A DNA stretch of 64,000 bases from Eledone cirrhosa (GCA_964016885.1 OZ024757.1:40982001-41046000); one strand, 5' to 3'. Shown: positions 16,362 to 31,969, counted from the stretch's first letter. Numbers and translations are program-made. Notes: generated from the letters alone by a model not told the origin.

Positions 16362-16365
<4 letters not shown>
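16253..16365 (-). mobile_element. Fragment of the 63628-63810 family with palindromic junction
   Basis: Reverse complement matches the tail at 63722-63810. Hairpin centred on GAGATTCTAGAATCTC. Confidence 0.7.
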
Positions 16366-16421
<56 letters not shown>

Positions 16422-17135
16422 AGGCTATAGTGTATATTATGTTGTCTATAGATTATGATATTCGTCTTTGTCTAATTGTTTTCTAACCGTGTCTAACAAT
16501 ATACTAAAGACATTATCATTTTTCGGGCTATTGATTACAGTCGAGATGAAAAGGACTCTAACAACGAACGGATGTCACTTAATTAAAACGTAAGTGTATA
16601 TATATATTATATACTTATATTTTATGTACATACATATATATATATGTGTGTGTGTGTGTGCGTGTGTGTGTAGCTATGTATATATATATATAAAACATTT
16701 TTTCGTTGACAATGATATTAAGGTTTATAGTCTGAAAGAAATATAAACAAAATAAGAACAAATCTACGACAGACGTTCAGACATCCAATATATTAATAAC
16801 TTTATATGATTTCATCATTACATTGTAAGATTAGATCAGGTCATGTCCAATATATTTGCTGAAGTACCTACAAAGTATCTGAAAATTGAGTTTAGTTTCA
16901 TGCTATTTTCAACTATAAATTTCGGTTATCTAATATTCATAAACATTGCTTAAATGCACGCATTGACTCCTTCAGTCACTGTCTGCACGAAGCGAATTCA
17001 TTCTTGAGCTGATCAATCGCGAAATCCGCATCATAGCTCACTAAATGTAATGAAAATTCAACAGCTCTTTCATATATATATATATATATATTAGATGAGA
17101 GGCCATATTGAGTTGATTAAGGTTTATTTAAAACT

Positions 17136-17193
17136 CCGTTATACATATTTCACTGCGCACTATCAGTTAAGATAGCCCGAGCTCTTCAGACGG
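17136..17193 (-). ncRNA. Type I hammerhead ribozyme
   Basis: Minus strand: CCGU-CUGAAGA-[GCU..GCUAUC-loop-GAUAGU..AGU]-GAAA-UAUGUA-UA|-ACGG, followed by AAUAAA. Confidence 0.75.
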
Positions 17194-17284
17194 CAAAACC
17201 TAAAATAAACATTGAAGGTTCCTAAGAAACCTTTAAATTTGGAAAAATCCAATAATTTCCCCGCAAAAGATTTTCTTTTCATGA

Positions 17285-17337
17285 TACAGGGGCCAGCCGA
17301 ACGTGTGGTGTTGTTTCTTCAACGGCCAGCCCCTGTA
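17285..17337. mobile_element. ~50-bp micro-MITE, Tc1/mariner-like ends
   Basis: TA-CAGGGGCcaGCCG...CGGCcaGCCCCTG-TA. Confidence 0.45.
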
Positions 17338-17349
17338 TTTATATATATG

Positions 17350-17485
<136 letters not shown>

Positions 17486-17689
17486 TAAAATCATATGTAT
17501 GTATTTGTAGGTATGTCGCTTTGTTTGTGGTTATGTTATGTGTGTATGTATGTCTGGGTCTCTTTGTATATATATGTATGTGCTAAAGTATGTGTAAATG
17601 TGAGTGTGTCTCTGACTATCTCTGCGAACGTGTTTATGTGAGTGTGTGTCTCAGTATCTCTGCGTATATGTGTGTATGTTATTTTCTGT

Positions 17690-18460
17690 CGGTGTATATA
17701 TGAGTGTATTTCTCTATGCCAGTGTATGTATATATGTGTGTGTCATGTTATGTAGGTGTGATTGTATATATCAGTGAGATCCTCTATACTAGTGTATGTA
17801 TATATGTGTGTGAGTGTCATATTGTGTAGGTGTGCGTGTATATATGAGTGTTTTTTCTGCCAATGTATATGTTAATGTGTGTGTCATATTGTATAGGTGT
17901 GAGTGTATATATGAGTGAGTTCCTCTATACTAGTGTATGTATATATGTTTGTATCATGCTGTGTAGGTGTGAGTATGTATATGAATGTGTTTCTCTATAC
18001 CAGTGTATGTGATAATGTGTGTGTCATGCTATGTAGGTGTGAGTATATATATATGAGTGTGTGTTTCTCTGCTAGTGTATGTGTTAATGTGTGTGTCATG
18101 CTATGTAGGTGTGAGTATATATATATATGAGTGTGTAGGTCTCCATACCAGTTTATGTGTTAATGTGTGTGTCAAGTTATGTAGGTGTGAGTGTATATAT
18201 ATGAGTGTGTGTTTCTCTGCTAGTCTATGTGTTAATGTGTGTGTCAAGTTATGTAGGTGTGAGTGTATATATATGAGTGTGTGTTTCTCTGCTAGTCTAT
18301 GTGTTAATGTGTGTGTCAAGTTATGTAGGTGTGAGTGTATATATATGAGTGTGTGTTTCTCTGCTAGTGTATGTGTTAATGTGTGTGTCATGTTATGTAG
18401 TTGTGAGTATATATATATGAATGTGTGTTTCTATACCAGTGTATGTTTTAATGTGTGTGT
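17690..18460. repeat. ~72-bp TG-rich minisatellite
   Basis: About 10 copies; period of 72 measured between 18181 and 18253. Confidence 0.9.
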
Positions 18461-18811
18461 ACGTGTTTCCCTTTGCTACAAACCACATATATCAACTGAC
18501 CACATCGTATATGTCAAACTGATGGTAGTTTAATGTTCCAAGGACAATCCAGATTTGATAAATATTCCCTGGAGAGTAGCAACAGTTTTAATATTGATAT
18601 ATCACCTTGGTTTTTATATTCTTCAGTTAAAATTCCAAAGAATTAGATTTTAATAATAACCATAATAATTGTTTCTACTTTTGGCACAAGGCCAGCAATC
18701 AAACCAGTGTATTACTGGTACCTTATTATATCGAGACCGTATTAATGAATACTGAAATAATTCCAAGGCGAAAGAGAAAAGCAAATTACAAACTAAAAGA
18801 TAACAACAAAA

Positions 18812-18913
<102 letters not shown>

Positions 18914-18960
18914 CCATACATATATATACGTATACATACACACACACATATATATATATA

Positions 18961-19112
18961 TACGATATTAACAAATGGAAACTATATTTATAAAACCATA
19001 TATAGTTTCCATTTGTTAATATCGTATTTTTACTCCAAATATTTGTTGAGTGCTTTATATCAGTTATAAAAATATTTGCTTGCTGTATCCCAACAATTTA
19101 AATAGAATTTTT
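18961..19112 (+). mobile_element. Fold-back mini-element (palindrome + tail) in (TA)n
   Basis: TACGATATTAACAAATGGAAACTATAT...ATATAGTTTCCATTTGTTAATATCGTA, then ~85-bp tail. Confidence 0.55.
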
Positions 19113-19114
19113 AC

Positions 19115-19309
<195 letters not shown>

Positions 19310-19698
19310 CGTGTGTGTGTGTCTAATACGTAAGTATTACAGAAAATATATTTCTTTTTCAGGGTGGTCGCTTTTTTATGTTTTTCCTGGGTTTTATGTT
19401 AGCCCATTATTAATTCGAAGATGTTAAACAGGAAGCGTTTATTAGAAACTTATGAATATTGGTGTAAGAAATATCATGAATAATTCTTACATATGAATAT
19501 TTATAAGTATATATACATATTCATGAGTATATATACATACACACTTAAACATTCATATAGCTAACTGTTAGAAACATGGGTATACACGCACTAGTAATAG
19601 AAAGGAATATATTAGGTTATCTATCTATTAATTTATCTAGAAGTTTGAGGATAAAATTGTTTTATTGTATCGAATCCTGCATGTGTTTAATTGTGTGT

Positions 19699-19734
<36 letters not shown>

Positions 19735-19778
19735 TGACGAAACATAAGTCAATTGCATGAACTCATAATCCTTTATTT

Positions 19779-19834
19779 ACTGCTATATATATTTCGATGA
19801 TAGCCATTGAATGGCTATGACCTCATCAGGCAGT
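19779..19834 (-). ncRNA. Type I hammerhead ribozyme (family B copy 1)
   Basis: Reverse complement identical to 31970-32025. The host island 19732-19943 includes a ~47-bp inverted repeat. Confidence 0.85.
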
Positions 19835-20953
19835 TAGTCAGTTCTTAGATATGCCAGCTCTGTGTTTTTGATGTTGATGTCCCAAGGCTCTGAAACCATC
19901 AGCACCAAAAACACAGGGATGGCATATCTAAGAACTGACTAACCATTATCACAACATCGAACACCTTACTACTACTACACACACACACACACACACACAC
20001 ACATATTTGTTGTGAAAGAGTCATTTCTCAATCTTGGCGCAAAACCAATTTTTTATTCACATGACCTCTACCGACCAATCAAAATTGTTTTGACCACAAG
20101 AATTTTTGCAACACCAAAGTAACGCTGGAGCCACTTTTTTAACATAAAAACAGGTAGAATTCCCAAAACTAATCAGATCAGAGCAAACAGCACGGACACT
20201 CTATCTCAAAATTATTTTTGAAAAGCATTTAGAAATGCGCAACCGGTAAAAACTTAAAAACTTAAAACCACAACTGAATACTAACCCATACAATCACTAA
20301 TACTCTTTTATTCCTAATTAAACCATTTTTCAACTGTGAACAATTTGTCAGCATTTTCTATTCCGTTTACCAATATATAATAACTTGTGTGTTACACCTC
20401 TATTCTTTTAACTATATATATATATATATTAAATATATTAGCCTTATGAATTATCGATGTGCTGGAATACTTTTTCTGTCTCTACGAGTGATTTACTCAA
20501 ATTTTCAACTATTGTTTATAATGATTGATTATCAACCCACTTATTTTCTGCGTTTGGGACTCTCAGGCTGTCAAATATTTATTTACCATATTGAAAATTG
20601 TCTTCTTCGCCCACATATTACAGGCAGGGCCGTCAGTTCTCAAGCAACTCTTCCTTCTTATTCCTGGAAGGGTCGTGTAGGCAGATTCTTCAAACACACT
20701 TTCCAACGTGTCCTACTGCTGCTGCTGGTGATGATGATGGAGATAATGATGATGATGATGATGATGATGATGTGATGATGATAATGAGGGTGACGACGAT
20801 GATGATGGTGATGATGATGACTACGATAAAAATGAGGATCATTTTATATATATATATATGTGTGTGTGTATGTGTATGAATGTATGTATATACACACACA
20901 CATATATATATATATAACATATATATATATATATAACATATATATATATATAT

Positions 20954-20988
<35 letters not shown>

Positions 20989-20996
20989 CACACATT

Positions 20997-21029
<33 letters not shown>

Positions 21030-21048
21030 TAATTATATATATAATAAT

Positions 21049-21144
<96 letters not shown>

Positions 21145-21906
21145 GCCAGCGTATAATCAGTAAAGGTATTTCAGTGTATATTAATTATAAGCAGTTATAC
21201 AGTTTAGTATCGGAGGTGGTGGTTGAACGGCTGCCATCTACTAACTACCATATTGTGGCATTTATGTTGTTGAGATGAGAAATACAGGCAACCATTATAT
21301 ATATACATACAATATATACATATGTGTGTGTGTGTAAGTGTGTGTGTACCGCGTGTGTGTAAATATGTACATGCTTATATATGTATATATACATGCCCAA
21401 TTATATACATATATTTATCAACTCACATATATATATGTGTACGTATATATATATATATATATATACATATATACGTGCTTATTTGTTTCTGAATATGTTC
21501 GTGTATCTGCTGTGTGGGCATGTACGTATATTTATGTAGATGTGTGTATGTTTCTATGTATGTGTCTATATATGTGTCTGTGTATGTTTCTATGTGTGTG
21601 TGTATGTACGTATATGTTTAAAAGCAGAACGTGAAGTGGATTAAGAAAGGAAATTAGACAGCAGGGTGGATAATAACCGAAAGGAAATTACGAGAATGTT
21701 TGCTGAGTAAATGTTTGATAATATATAAAACTGATAACAGTGTTTTATTACACAGATATATACACACATTCATAGATAACCTGTATACACAGTTTCACAT
21801 ACGAACACATACACATTGATATCATATACATACACATGCACACTATACAATACCACACTATAGTGCAAACACTCTCAACAATACATTTCATTGTTGAATA
21901 TATCAC

Positions 21907-21989
<83 letters not shown>

Positions 21990-22027
21990 AAAATGACGAG
22001 GTATTAAATTTTCATTACATTTATTGT

Positions 22028-22115
22028 GGTGTGACGTACGTTTCGCGATTGATCAGCTCAAAGCTCGATCTGAATCGATCGTGCTCGACTCTGGAATCAA
22101 AAGCTCGTCGGACTT
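22028..22115 (-). ncRNA. Degenerate hammerhead, family D copy 2
   Basis: Minus strand: GU-CCGACGA-GC...GC-GAAAC-GUAC-GUC|-AC, then AAUAAA. A third partial copy is at ~17005-17070. Confidence 0.55.
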
Positions 22116-22224
22116 CTGTTTTGATTATATATATATATATATATATACATACAGAGAGAGAGAGAGAAAGAGGGAGAGACAGATAGATAGATAAATGTAT
22201 ATATATATATATACATATACATAC

Positions 22225-22301
<77 letters not shown>

Positions 22302-22821
22302 GAGAAATATATATATATATATATATATAAACACCTATGCTTAGCTTAGATGTTTTTGATCAAGTGCCATCTAGAAGGTTCGAACGTGGTGCAAGGGAAT
22401 TGCAAGCAAAAACACCTAGAAAACCATTTTTTTTTTTAAAACAAGACTCCACACACCACCCAACTCACCTCACCCTGACTCCCAGCCCCTAAAAAAAAAC
22501 AAAGAAAATAAATAAGATAACAAATAATGCTACACTCTTGGCTATCTTAAACATCAGTCTTCAACAAATAAAATAACATAAAAGCAAATAGACAACTAAT
22601 GGTCTTTGTTTATATAAATTGGCAATGTAACAAATGTGATTCTTGTAAAATACAAGAATTTCTCATTTAGGAGACGATTTAGGTCGAACTTCTTCTTTCT
22701 ACAAAGTAACCCTGCAAATATGTGTGTATATATATATGTGTATCTACATACATATGTGTATATACATACATATGTATGTAAAAAGCAAACAGAAATAACA
22801 AAGCAAATAAACGATAAATTA

Positions 22822-23007
22822 TAATTGTTTCTACTTTTGGCACAAGGCCAGCAATTACCTCAATGTATTGCTGGTACTTTATTTTATCGACCCCATAAGG
22901 ATGAAAGGCAAAGTTAACTTCGGCGGGATTTGAACTCAGATCATAAAGGGCCGAAACTCTGTGCTGCAAAGCATGGCGTCCGACCCTCTACCGATACTGT
23001 CAATCCA
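22822..23007 (-). mobile_element. SINE family 1 copy
   Basis: Near full-length match to 2421-2603. Confidence 0.85.
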
Positions 23008-23435
23008 CAATGAAGAAATATATTAGTTTAACGTTTGATATAGTGGGAAAATATTCTGAACGTTTCAAACACTTGTCCTTCATCGGAAAGTAGAATGAGA
23101 TATTAAAAGTTAGATAGAAAGATAAAGAGTGAGAAGAAAAAGAAACGGGAAAAAAATTTGGGTTAAAAAAAATTACGTGTTTATTCAGTCGGCCATTTTG
23201 AAAAATAAAATGATATACATATATATGTGTGTGTCTGCGGGATTTGAACTGAGAGAGCCGAGAGCCGTAACGAGTGCTACAAAGCATTCTCTCCGACGCT
23301 CTACCGACTTTGCCAATACGCCACCTTATAGATTTCTAAAATAATTGATTAATTTTAGGTCATTCTTAGCAGACATTCTTGTTTACATATTTAATAACAT
23401 AAACACACACACACATGCACGCGCGCGCACACACG

Positions 23436-23546
<111 letters not shown>

Positions 23547-23590
23547 GTATATATATGTATATGTATATATATATATATGTATATATATAT

Positions 23591-24005
23591 ATCACCGGGA
23601 GAGATGACCCCTTAGCCTTTGTCAAGGCAGAATTCTAGGAGAAGGAAAACTCTGATATAACACCTGCGACTCTGATGGTATCCAATGATGTTGACTTGTT
23701 CTTCTTTTTGGTAAATATCAGCTTGGTTAAGAGAGTGGGACTGGCTTTGTGCAGTGCCTTTGCTCACTATAACAGCTTCACGGCACAGGCATTGCTTTAT
23801 ATCTGGAGATCTCTCTGCACTTGTCGTCACATGGTACCATGGGCCCAGCACTATGTGTCAATAATTGTCACAAGTGTAGTGTTTGTACCAGAGTTTTCAA
23901 GTCGCTGGCTGGACTAAAAAGTCACACTCGTTCAGCGCATCGGTAGGGGTTCTCCTACATGGATATAAAGTAGTGGCCGTACTCGAAAACGAGTTGGCAG
24001 CCACC
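23591..24005 (+). mobile_element. Non-autonomous RTE-derived retroposon (5'-truncated copy)
   Basis: Contains the RTE-5'UTR-like CTAGGAGAAGGAAAACTCTGA. 23875-23946 encodes [23 protein letters not shown], a C2H2 finger like RTE ORF C-termini. Near-identical to 24989-25405. Confidence 0.7.
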
Positions 24006-24038
<33 letters not shown>

Positions 24039-24053
24039 TATGTATGTATATAT

Positions 24054-24085
<32 letters not shown>

Positions 24086-24093
24086 GTATATGT

Positions 24094-24151
<58 letters not shown>

Positions 24152-24377
24152 GTGTATATATATATATATGTGAATATATATATATATTTATATATATAAA
24201 TATACAAAAACAAGCACATACACATACATATACACGCAAACACACACACAGGTACAGACACAAACACTCACACAAATACACACACAAATACATTCAAATA
24301 CACACAGAGAAACACACAAACAAACACGTATACAGAAAAATACACTCAACCAAACACACAAACCCACACAGACACAC

Positions 24378-24432
<55 letters not shown>

Positions 24433-24715
24433 CACACATATATATACACTTAACCAGCAGCTAAGCTCTTCCTTATGCTGGCTACATACGATGTTTAATT
24501 CGTTCAATTTAAATTACATAGAAAACGAAAAGGTAATTCTTTCATCGATAATGGCCGTGCAAGTTATATTTTTCTGTATTAATTCACAGACATTTTCACT
24601 ACAATGGCGCCGTTAATTGTCCTTGAAACATACACATCTAATATATCACATTTTACATATAGTTATAACCAACGAACAAGACCTTCCATGCCACAACCAA
24701 ACCACACGCCATATT

Positions 24716-24798
<83 letters not shown>

Positions 24799-24808
24799 TG
24801 TATGTATG

Positions 24809-25405
24809 TTGGTGCTACTGGTAACATGTATCCCAGTACAACTTGTCTCATGGTCGGGTCGTCGGCGACTAAACTGGCAACTCCACCAAGGTTTCTTGGT
24901 GAGGAGGGTGACTTTGGACATCCTGCAGGACTAAAAACAAAACCTGTCAAAGGGCAAAGGAGCTCTTAAGAGTCAATGGCCATCCAAAATCACCGGGAGA
25001 GATGACCCCTTAGCCTTTGTCAAGGCAGGATTCTAGGAGAAGGAAAACTCTGATATAACACCTGCAACCCTGATGGTATCCAATGATGTTGACTTGTTCT
25101 TCTTTTTAGTAAATATCATCTTGGTTAAGAGAGTGGGACTGGCTTTGTGCAGTGCCTTTGCTCACTATAAAAGCTTCACGGCACAGGCATTGCTTTATAT
25201 CTGGAGATCTCTCTGCACTTGTCGTCACATGGTACCATCGGTCCAGCACTATGTGTCAATAATTGTCACAAGTGTAGTGTTGGTACCAGAGTTTTCAAGT
25301 CGCTGGGTGGACTAAAAAGTCACACTTGTTCAGCGCATCGATAGGGGTTCTCCTACATGGATATAAAGTAGTGGCCGTACTCAAAGACGAGTTGGCAGCC
25401 ACCAT
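24809..25405 (+). mobile_element. Non-autonomous RTE-derived retroposon (longer copy)
   Basis: Same body plus ~180 bp extra 5' sequence; second Cys of the finger mutated. Diverged relative at ~34030-34325. Confidence 0.7.
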
Positions 25406-25428
25406 GTATATATATATATAAACATCAT

Positions 25429-25479
<51 letters not shown>

Positions 25480-25483
<4 letters not shown>

Positions 25484-25872
25484 TTCAAAATATTAACAAA
25501 AATAGAACTTCTTGTGATCAAGTATATTGTATTATACATATTTCAGAGGTACTTAGCTAACTTCAACAGTACGTCCTCAAGATGATGCATGGCATACCCT
25601 GACATAGTAGATGGCTAAGATCCAGTAATGGTAGTGATGAGGACGTACGATGGTTAAGATCCAGTCATGGTCCTGATGAGGACGTACTGTTGAAGTTAGC
25701 TCAGTACCTCTGAAATATGTATAATAAAATATACTTGATCACAAGAAGTTCTATTTTTGTTAATATTTTGAATTAATATTAATAACTCTGGAAAACCATG
25801 ACCGTTGAGTGCTTCCAATCTATTGTAAAACTAATCCTTTGATTTATTCATTGAACCTTGTTTAACCTTTAA
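25480..25872 (+). mobile_element. Fold-back mini-element, family C, with degenerate hammerhead core
   Basis: ~98-bp inverted arms (25480-25578 / 25678-25776). UGGUC-CUGAUGA-stem II-GAAA...UU-GAUCA at 25668-25741. Second copy at 37035-37352. Confidence 0.65.
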
Positions 25873-26479
25873 ATATATATATATGTATATAATCATCCAT
25901 CCATCTATCGATCTAACTATCTATATATCTGTCTGTATATCTATCTTCTTATCTGTCTACATATGTATATACACACACATACACACACACACACACCCCA
26001 CACACACACGCACACACACACACACAGACATATCTATATATATATATATATATGAGGTGTTACTAGTTAAGATAAGTAAGGCCTTTATTCAACTCATCAC
26101 TCCAGACTCACAAGATATTAAGTCTAGGTATAGTTCAAGATGAAAGAATACAAACACTGAAGAGATACAATTACAGAAAATATTAGAAAAGGAGAACAAA
26201 AAGGAATGCATCAACGTATTGGACGCTAGTCGTTCATCGTGAGGAGTGAAACGTAAAAGGTGGCTGGACGATAGAAGTAAATGAACAAAAACCAATTGTT
26301 TATCAGGGTGGGAGAGATTGTCTGAGTATGCAGACATTGTTTGGGGTGGAGCACAGTTCTGGTGGCAGCATTCCGAGTCTAATATTGGTGCTGAAATGTG
26401 TATGAGAATGAGGTGTATTATTTTACTGTATGTTTTGTTGTTTTTACCATTTGTATATCTTTGTGTGAGGATTATCAGA

Positions 26480-26576
<97 letters not shown>

Positions 26577-26944
26577 CTATTAAGTTAGACATGGCCTGGG
26601 CCATTACTGGCCAAAATCTATCAGAGTTATCAAAGTTATATAACTGCACGTTACACTGCCTATATACATATATATATCTCTCTCTATATATATATATATA
26701 TGGGGGGGGGGGCGTGTGTGTGTGTGTGTGTGTATAAAGAGGTATCTCCCAATGCGTACACAATTTTATTAGAATGCTGTTGAAGTGTGTATTCATTTTT
26801 GGGGACGAACTGTATGTACATACATCCATCCATACATACATAATACAAACATAATACATACATCCATCCATCCATACATAATACATACATCCATCTATCC
26901 ATCCATACTTACATACATAATACATACATACATACATCTAAAAA

Positions 26945-27190
26945 TGTCTAAAGTCTGTCTTAAGCCAGAAGCCTCATTTGGCCGGTGCTTATCTCGGTTT
27001 CATGGCGTGAAGCGACTGAGAGTACAAGACTCCCTCCTGGACAGGACGCCAGTCCATCGCGGGGTTAAACCTCCAGCTATACTGCTGGTACTCATTTTCA
27101 GCTGAGTATACTGGAGCAACGTGAAATTAAGTTTTGCTCAAGAACACAACACGCAGCCCAGGAATCTTACCACTAGGCCACGTGCCTCCA
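26945..27190 (-). mobile_element. SINE family 2 copy
   Basis: Reverse complement of 535-700 plus an upstream tRNA-like head (GTGGCCTAGTGGTAAG). Confidence 0.75.
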
Positions 27191-27193
27191 CTA

Positions 27194-27907
27194 ATACATA
27201 CATACATACATACATACATACATACATACATACATACATCCATACATCTATCCATCCATATATACATACATAATACATACATACATACATACATACATAC
27301 ATCCATACATCTATCCATCCATATATACATACATAATACATACATACATACATACATACATACATACATACATACATACATACATACATACATACATACA
27401 TACATACATACATACATACATACATCCATACATACATACATACATACATACATGCATACATACATACATACATACATACATACATACATACATACATACA
27501 TCCATCCATACATACATACATAATACATCCATACATCCATACATACATCCATCCATACATACATACATCCATACATCCATACATCCATACATCCATACAT
27601 ACATACATACATACATACATACATACATACATCCATACATACATACATACATACATACATACATACATCTATCCATCCATACATACATACATAATACATA
27701 CATACATACATACATACATACATACATACATACATCCATACATCCATACATACATACATACATCCATACATCCATACATCTATCCATCCATACATACATA
27801 CATACATACATACATACATACATACATACATACATACATACATACATACATACATACATACATACATACATACATACATACATACATACATACATACATA
27901 CATACAT
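27194..27907. repeat. (CATA)n/(CATC)n tetranucleotide array
   Basis: Directly visible. Confidence 0.97.
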
Positions 27908-28204
27908 AGTTTATTTAAACTGAAAACCTTGTACGGGTAATTCAAGTTTCCCGTCAGAGTCCTCGTCAGCTTCAAACACCAAACACATATGGTCGTGTGT
28001 ATGTGTGGGTAGGTAAATCTGAGTGTAGATGTGTGTGTGTGTCTGTGTGTGTGTGTGTGTGTGTAAGTCAGTGTGTGTGTAGATGTATGTGTTTGTGCGT
28101 CTTTGAGATATTTGCTGGAATAATTGGTTTTACGTTCCGTCCTTTGGGAGATAATTTAGTAGACGAAACACAATTTTGCACTTATTTACACAATCAGATG
28201 CAAA

Positions 28205-28271
<67 letters not shown>

Positions 28272-28367
28272 TTAAATATGTGTTTATACATATATATATA
28301 CATATATATGTGTGTGTATGCATCACTGATTTTTCGTGTTCCATTCTATGTATCTATATATATATAC

Positions 28368-28429
<62 letters not shown>

Positions 28430-28527
28430 CATATAAGTATCAGCCGTACTAAGAGTGAGAAATAAAATTTTATTTTTTCCATTTATATATATATATTTAT
28501 GTATTTATATATATATATATATGTATT

Positions 28528-28559
<32 letters not shown>

Positions 28560-28595
28560 AATGGAAAAACATACGCATATATATACATATATATT

Positions 28596-28657
<62 letters not shown>

Positions 28658-28685
28658 AATATATATATGTATATATATACGTATG

Positions 28686-28728
<43 letters not shown>

Positions 28729-28761
28729 GGAAAAACATACGCATATATATACATATATATT

Positions 28762-28841
<80 letters not shown>

Positions 28842-28874
28842 AATATATATATGTATATATATACGTATGTTTTT

Positions 28875-28941
<67 letters not shown>

Positions 28942-29166
28942 ATATGCGTATAGGGGAAGAGAGGGAGAAGAAAGAGTAATTTTATTGTTACGACATACGA
29001 GAGAGAGAGAAAGAGAGAGCATGAGAATGAGGAGAGAAAATCTGATTTCAATTGGAGAAGATGCTTGATAAGCAATATGTAGAAGGATAGATGAAGTGAA
29101 CATAACTAGATATAACAGACACACAGACACAGAGTGTGAGACACGGCCTGACAGTATGGTAAATAC

Positions 29167-29204
<38 letters not shown>

Positions 29205-29261
29205 CTTGACAATATGGTAAATACATGCGCATATGTATATATATATACACACACACATATG

Positions 29262-29311
29262 GGCTTCCTCATGATTTTTCCCGAATGAAACAGTTCTAGT
29301 TTTTAGAAGCC
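29262..29311 (+). ncRNA. Degenerate hammerhead homologous to 63678-63726
   Basis: GGCUUC-CUCAUGA-...-GAAACAGUUCUAGU...UA-GAAGCC; stem I shows a compensatory change relative to the 63678 copy. Confidence 0.55.
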
Positions 29312-29314
29312 ATA

Positions 29315-29353
<39 letters not shown>

Positions 29354-29538
29354 ATATATATACAAACATGGATATGGGTGGGTGTGCATGCATGAATGTA
29401 TGAAATAGGCTATATATATATATATATGTGTGTGAGTGTGAGTGTGTGTGTGTGCATGTGCGTGTGTGTGTGTGTATATATATACATATATATATTACGT
29501 GGTCCTTTTTGTTAAATGGTCGAAACCACAGCCGCACT

Positions 29539-29604
29539 AAAAGCTGATGAGAGTATGCCTATATCCATCTATATGTACGTTAGGTTACAGAAACAAGCCT
29601 TTTT
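29539..29604 (+). ncRNA. Possible degenerate hammerhead
   Basis: AAAAG-CUGAUGA-[..GCCUA..UAGGU..]-GAAAC-AA-GCC-UUUUU; cleavage triplet would be mutated. Confidence 0.35.
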
Positions 29605-29897
29605 GTGTGTTTGTGTGTGTCTCTCTCTCTGAATAAATAAATAAATAAATAAATAAATATATATATACATATGCGTGTGTGTGTGTGTGTATGTGTGTGT
29701 GTGTGTGTGTGTGTCTGTGTTTGAGTGTCAGAGCTGAATACAAATAAACAGCTTTATTTTCTACTATGGATATTCATACATAATTATCTGTTGCTATTGC
29801 AGTTGCAGAAGTGCTATAGACTGGTGTTACTGAAATGCGCATAACAACAAATATAAATTAGGTAAATACTGTGTATGTACATAATTATATATATATA

Positions 29898-29933
<36 letters not shown>

Positions 29934-29943
29934 TATATATATA

Positions 29944-30003
<60 letters not shown>

Positions 30004-30043
30004 ATTATATTTATATATATATATATATACATAATTATAATTA

Positions 30044-30090
<47 letters not shown>

Positions 30091-31333
30091 GAGAATAACT
30101 GCAACATTCCTCGTCGTAATCGACGAACATCCGCGACATTATATATTTATATCATACCCAGAAGTATATTCTTTTTATTTTCTTATATTTTTTTCCTCAC
30201 CTGTTTTCATTTTATTTTCACTTTCCGTGTTAAATATTAGTAAAACTATTTTGCATGATTATTAATTAAGTTTAGATGGAAATGAATTTTATAATAAATA
30301 TTTTTTAAAAAATAATAAAAACTAGTTAACATTACTTGGTTTACCAATGTCATTTGATCTGTTGAATAATTGCTCTGTGCTTTCTTCTCAATATTGGAAA
30401 ACATTTATGGTGTTATGTTTGATTATTATTATTATTGTTATTATTATTATTATTATTGTTGTTATTACTATTATTATTATTGTTGTTATTATTATTATTG
30501 TTATTGTTGTTGTTATTGTTGTTGTTATCATTATTATAATTATTGTTGTTATTATTGTTTTTTCATGTTTTCCTCTCAGAACTTAATGTTTCGCAAATAA
30601 TCTTTCATATTTTATTTTATTTTATTTTATTTTATTTTATTTTATTTTATTTTATTTTATTTTATTTTATATCATTTTATATTATTTTATGTGTTTTTTT
30701 TGTTTTCTTTTTCCTAATTAAAAATAATAAATGACCGAAAATTGGAATTACAAAAATAAATTGAAAAATAAAATATTAAAAAGAAAAAAATTATAATTAA
30801 TTTTAAAATAATAACAACAATAATAACGACTGATATAAACTCTTGAAAAAAATTTTAAATAAATAATTTAAGTTTAAAAGTGAAATTATAAATGGAAAAA
30901 GTATCGAGATTTGCGAAGAGTTTCACTTTGATATGGTTGGGTCTGAAAAATATATTTCATCACAACATTAATTTCTTTTCACTAGGAAACAAATGGACAT
31001 TTATTTGTGAGAGGTTTACTAGTGGTTTAATATACGTCTGGTTTATAACCAAGTGTCCCAATTAAAGATGAGCTGTGGTGGGGATAGGGTGAGGTGGAGT
31101 GAAGTGGGGTGTGGTGGGATGGGGTTGTGTCGTTTCTAATGGGATCAGGTAAAGGAACAGTTTTATATATCAGTATACTTGACTACAATTCTAATCTGCA
31201 ATTGCCATCTCACTGACTAAAATATGAAATGTCCCTCTATCCCACTACAAAAAAAATGTATCTATATATACATACACACACAGACATATGTATATGTATA
31301 TACACACACACACACACATATATATATGTATAT

Positions 31334-31379
<46 letters not shown>

Positions 31380-31381
<2 letters not shown>

Positions 31382-31577
31382 CAAATTAAAGTTTAAGCAA
31401 AGAATCGCTGCTTTCACCCTTAACGGGATACCGTTAAGGGTGAAAGCACCGATTCTTTGCTTAAACTTTAATCTGTTATTTTAATAAATATTTGCTCTAC
31501 GGTTCTTATATATTTGATATATATTTATCCTTATTGAGCCCCCTTTTGATTTTAGTCTTCAAATTTATTATTATTAC
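31380..31577 (+). mobile_element. Fold-back mini-element (palindrome 31380-31468 + tail)
   Basis: ~43-bp arms around CGG-GATA-CCG. Right arm reads GAA-AGCA-loop-UGCU-U (HHR 3' half like), then AATAAA. Confidence 0.6.
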
Positions 31578-31591
31578 TATATATATATATA

Positions 31592-31792
31592 TAATGAGGG
31601 TGTAATAAGATACCAAGTAGACCATAACGCACCTGAGTACTGAGTAGTTAGGGTAGTAGAGTGGGTAATAGGAAAAGAATCAGGGGCCTGACGTTTGAGC
31701 TCCGGTCGTTTCGACAGATAGATCTGAACTGTTTCGTATCTAGCTCTGTCGAAACGGCCGGAGCTCAACCATCGGGCTCCAGATTCGTTTCC

Positions 31793-31795
<3 letters not shown>
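31592..31795 (-). mobile_element. Fold-back mini-element, family A copy 3
   Basis: Diverged homologue of 1-187; palindrome at 31668-31794. Confidence 0.7.
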
Positions 31796-31879
<84 letters not shown>

Positions 31880-31969
31880 GTATATATATAATAAGGATAA
31901 ATATATGTCCCAAGGCTCTGATACCATCAACACTATAAACACAGAGCTGGCATATCTAAGAACTGACTA

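Noticed and set aside
23875-23946. C2H2 zinc finger as a host gene exon
   Set aside because: Lies within a repeated RTE-derived element and is mutated in the second copy.
27918-27975. Minus-strand CUGACGA...GAAAC motif
   Set aside because: Stem II does not pair and the cleavage-site register is off; at best a decayed HHR.
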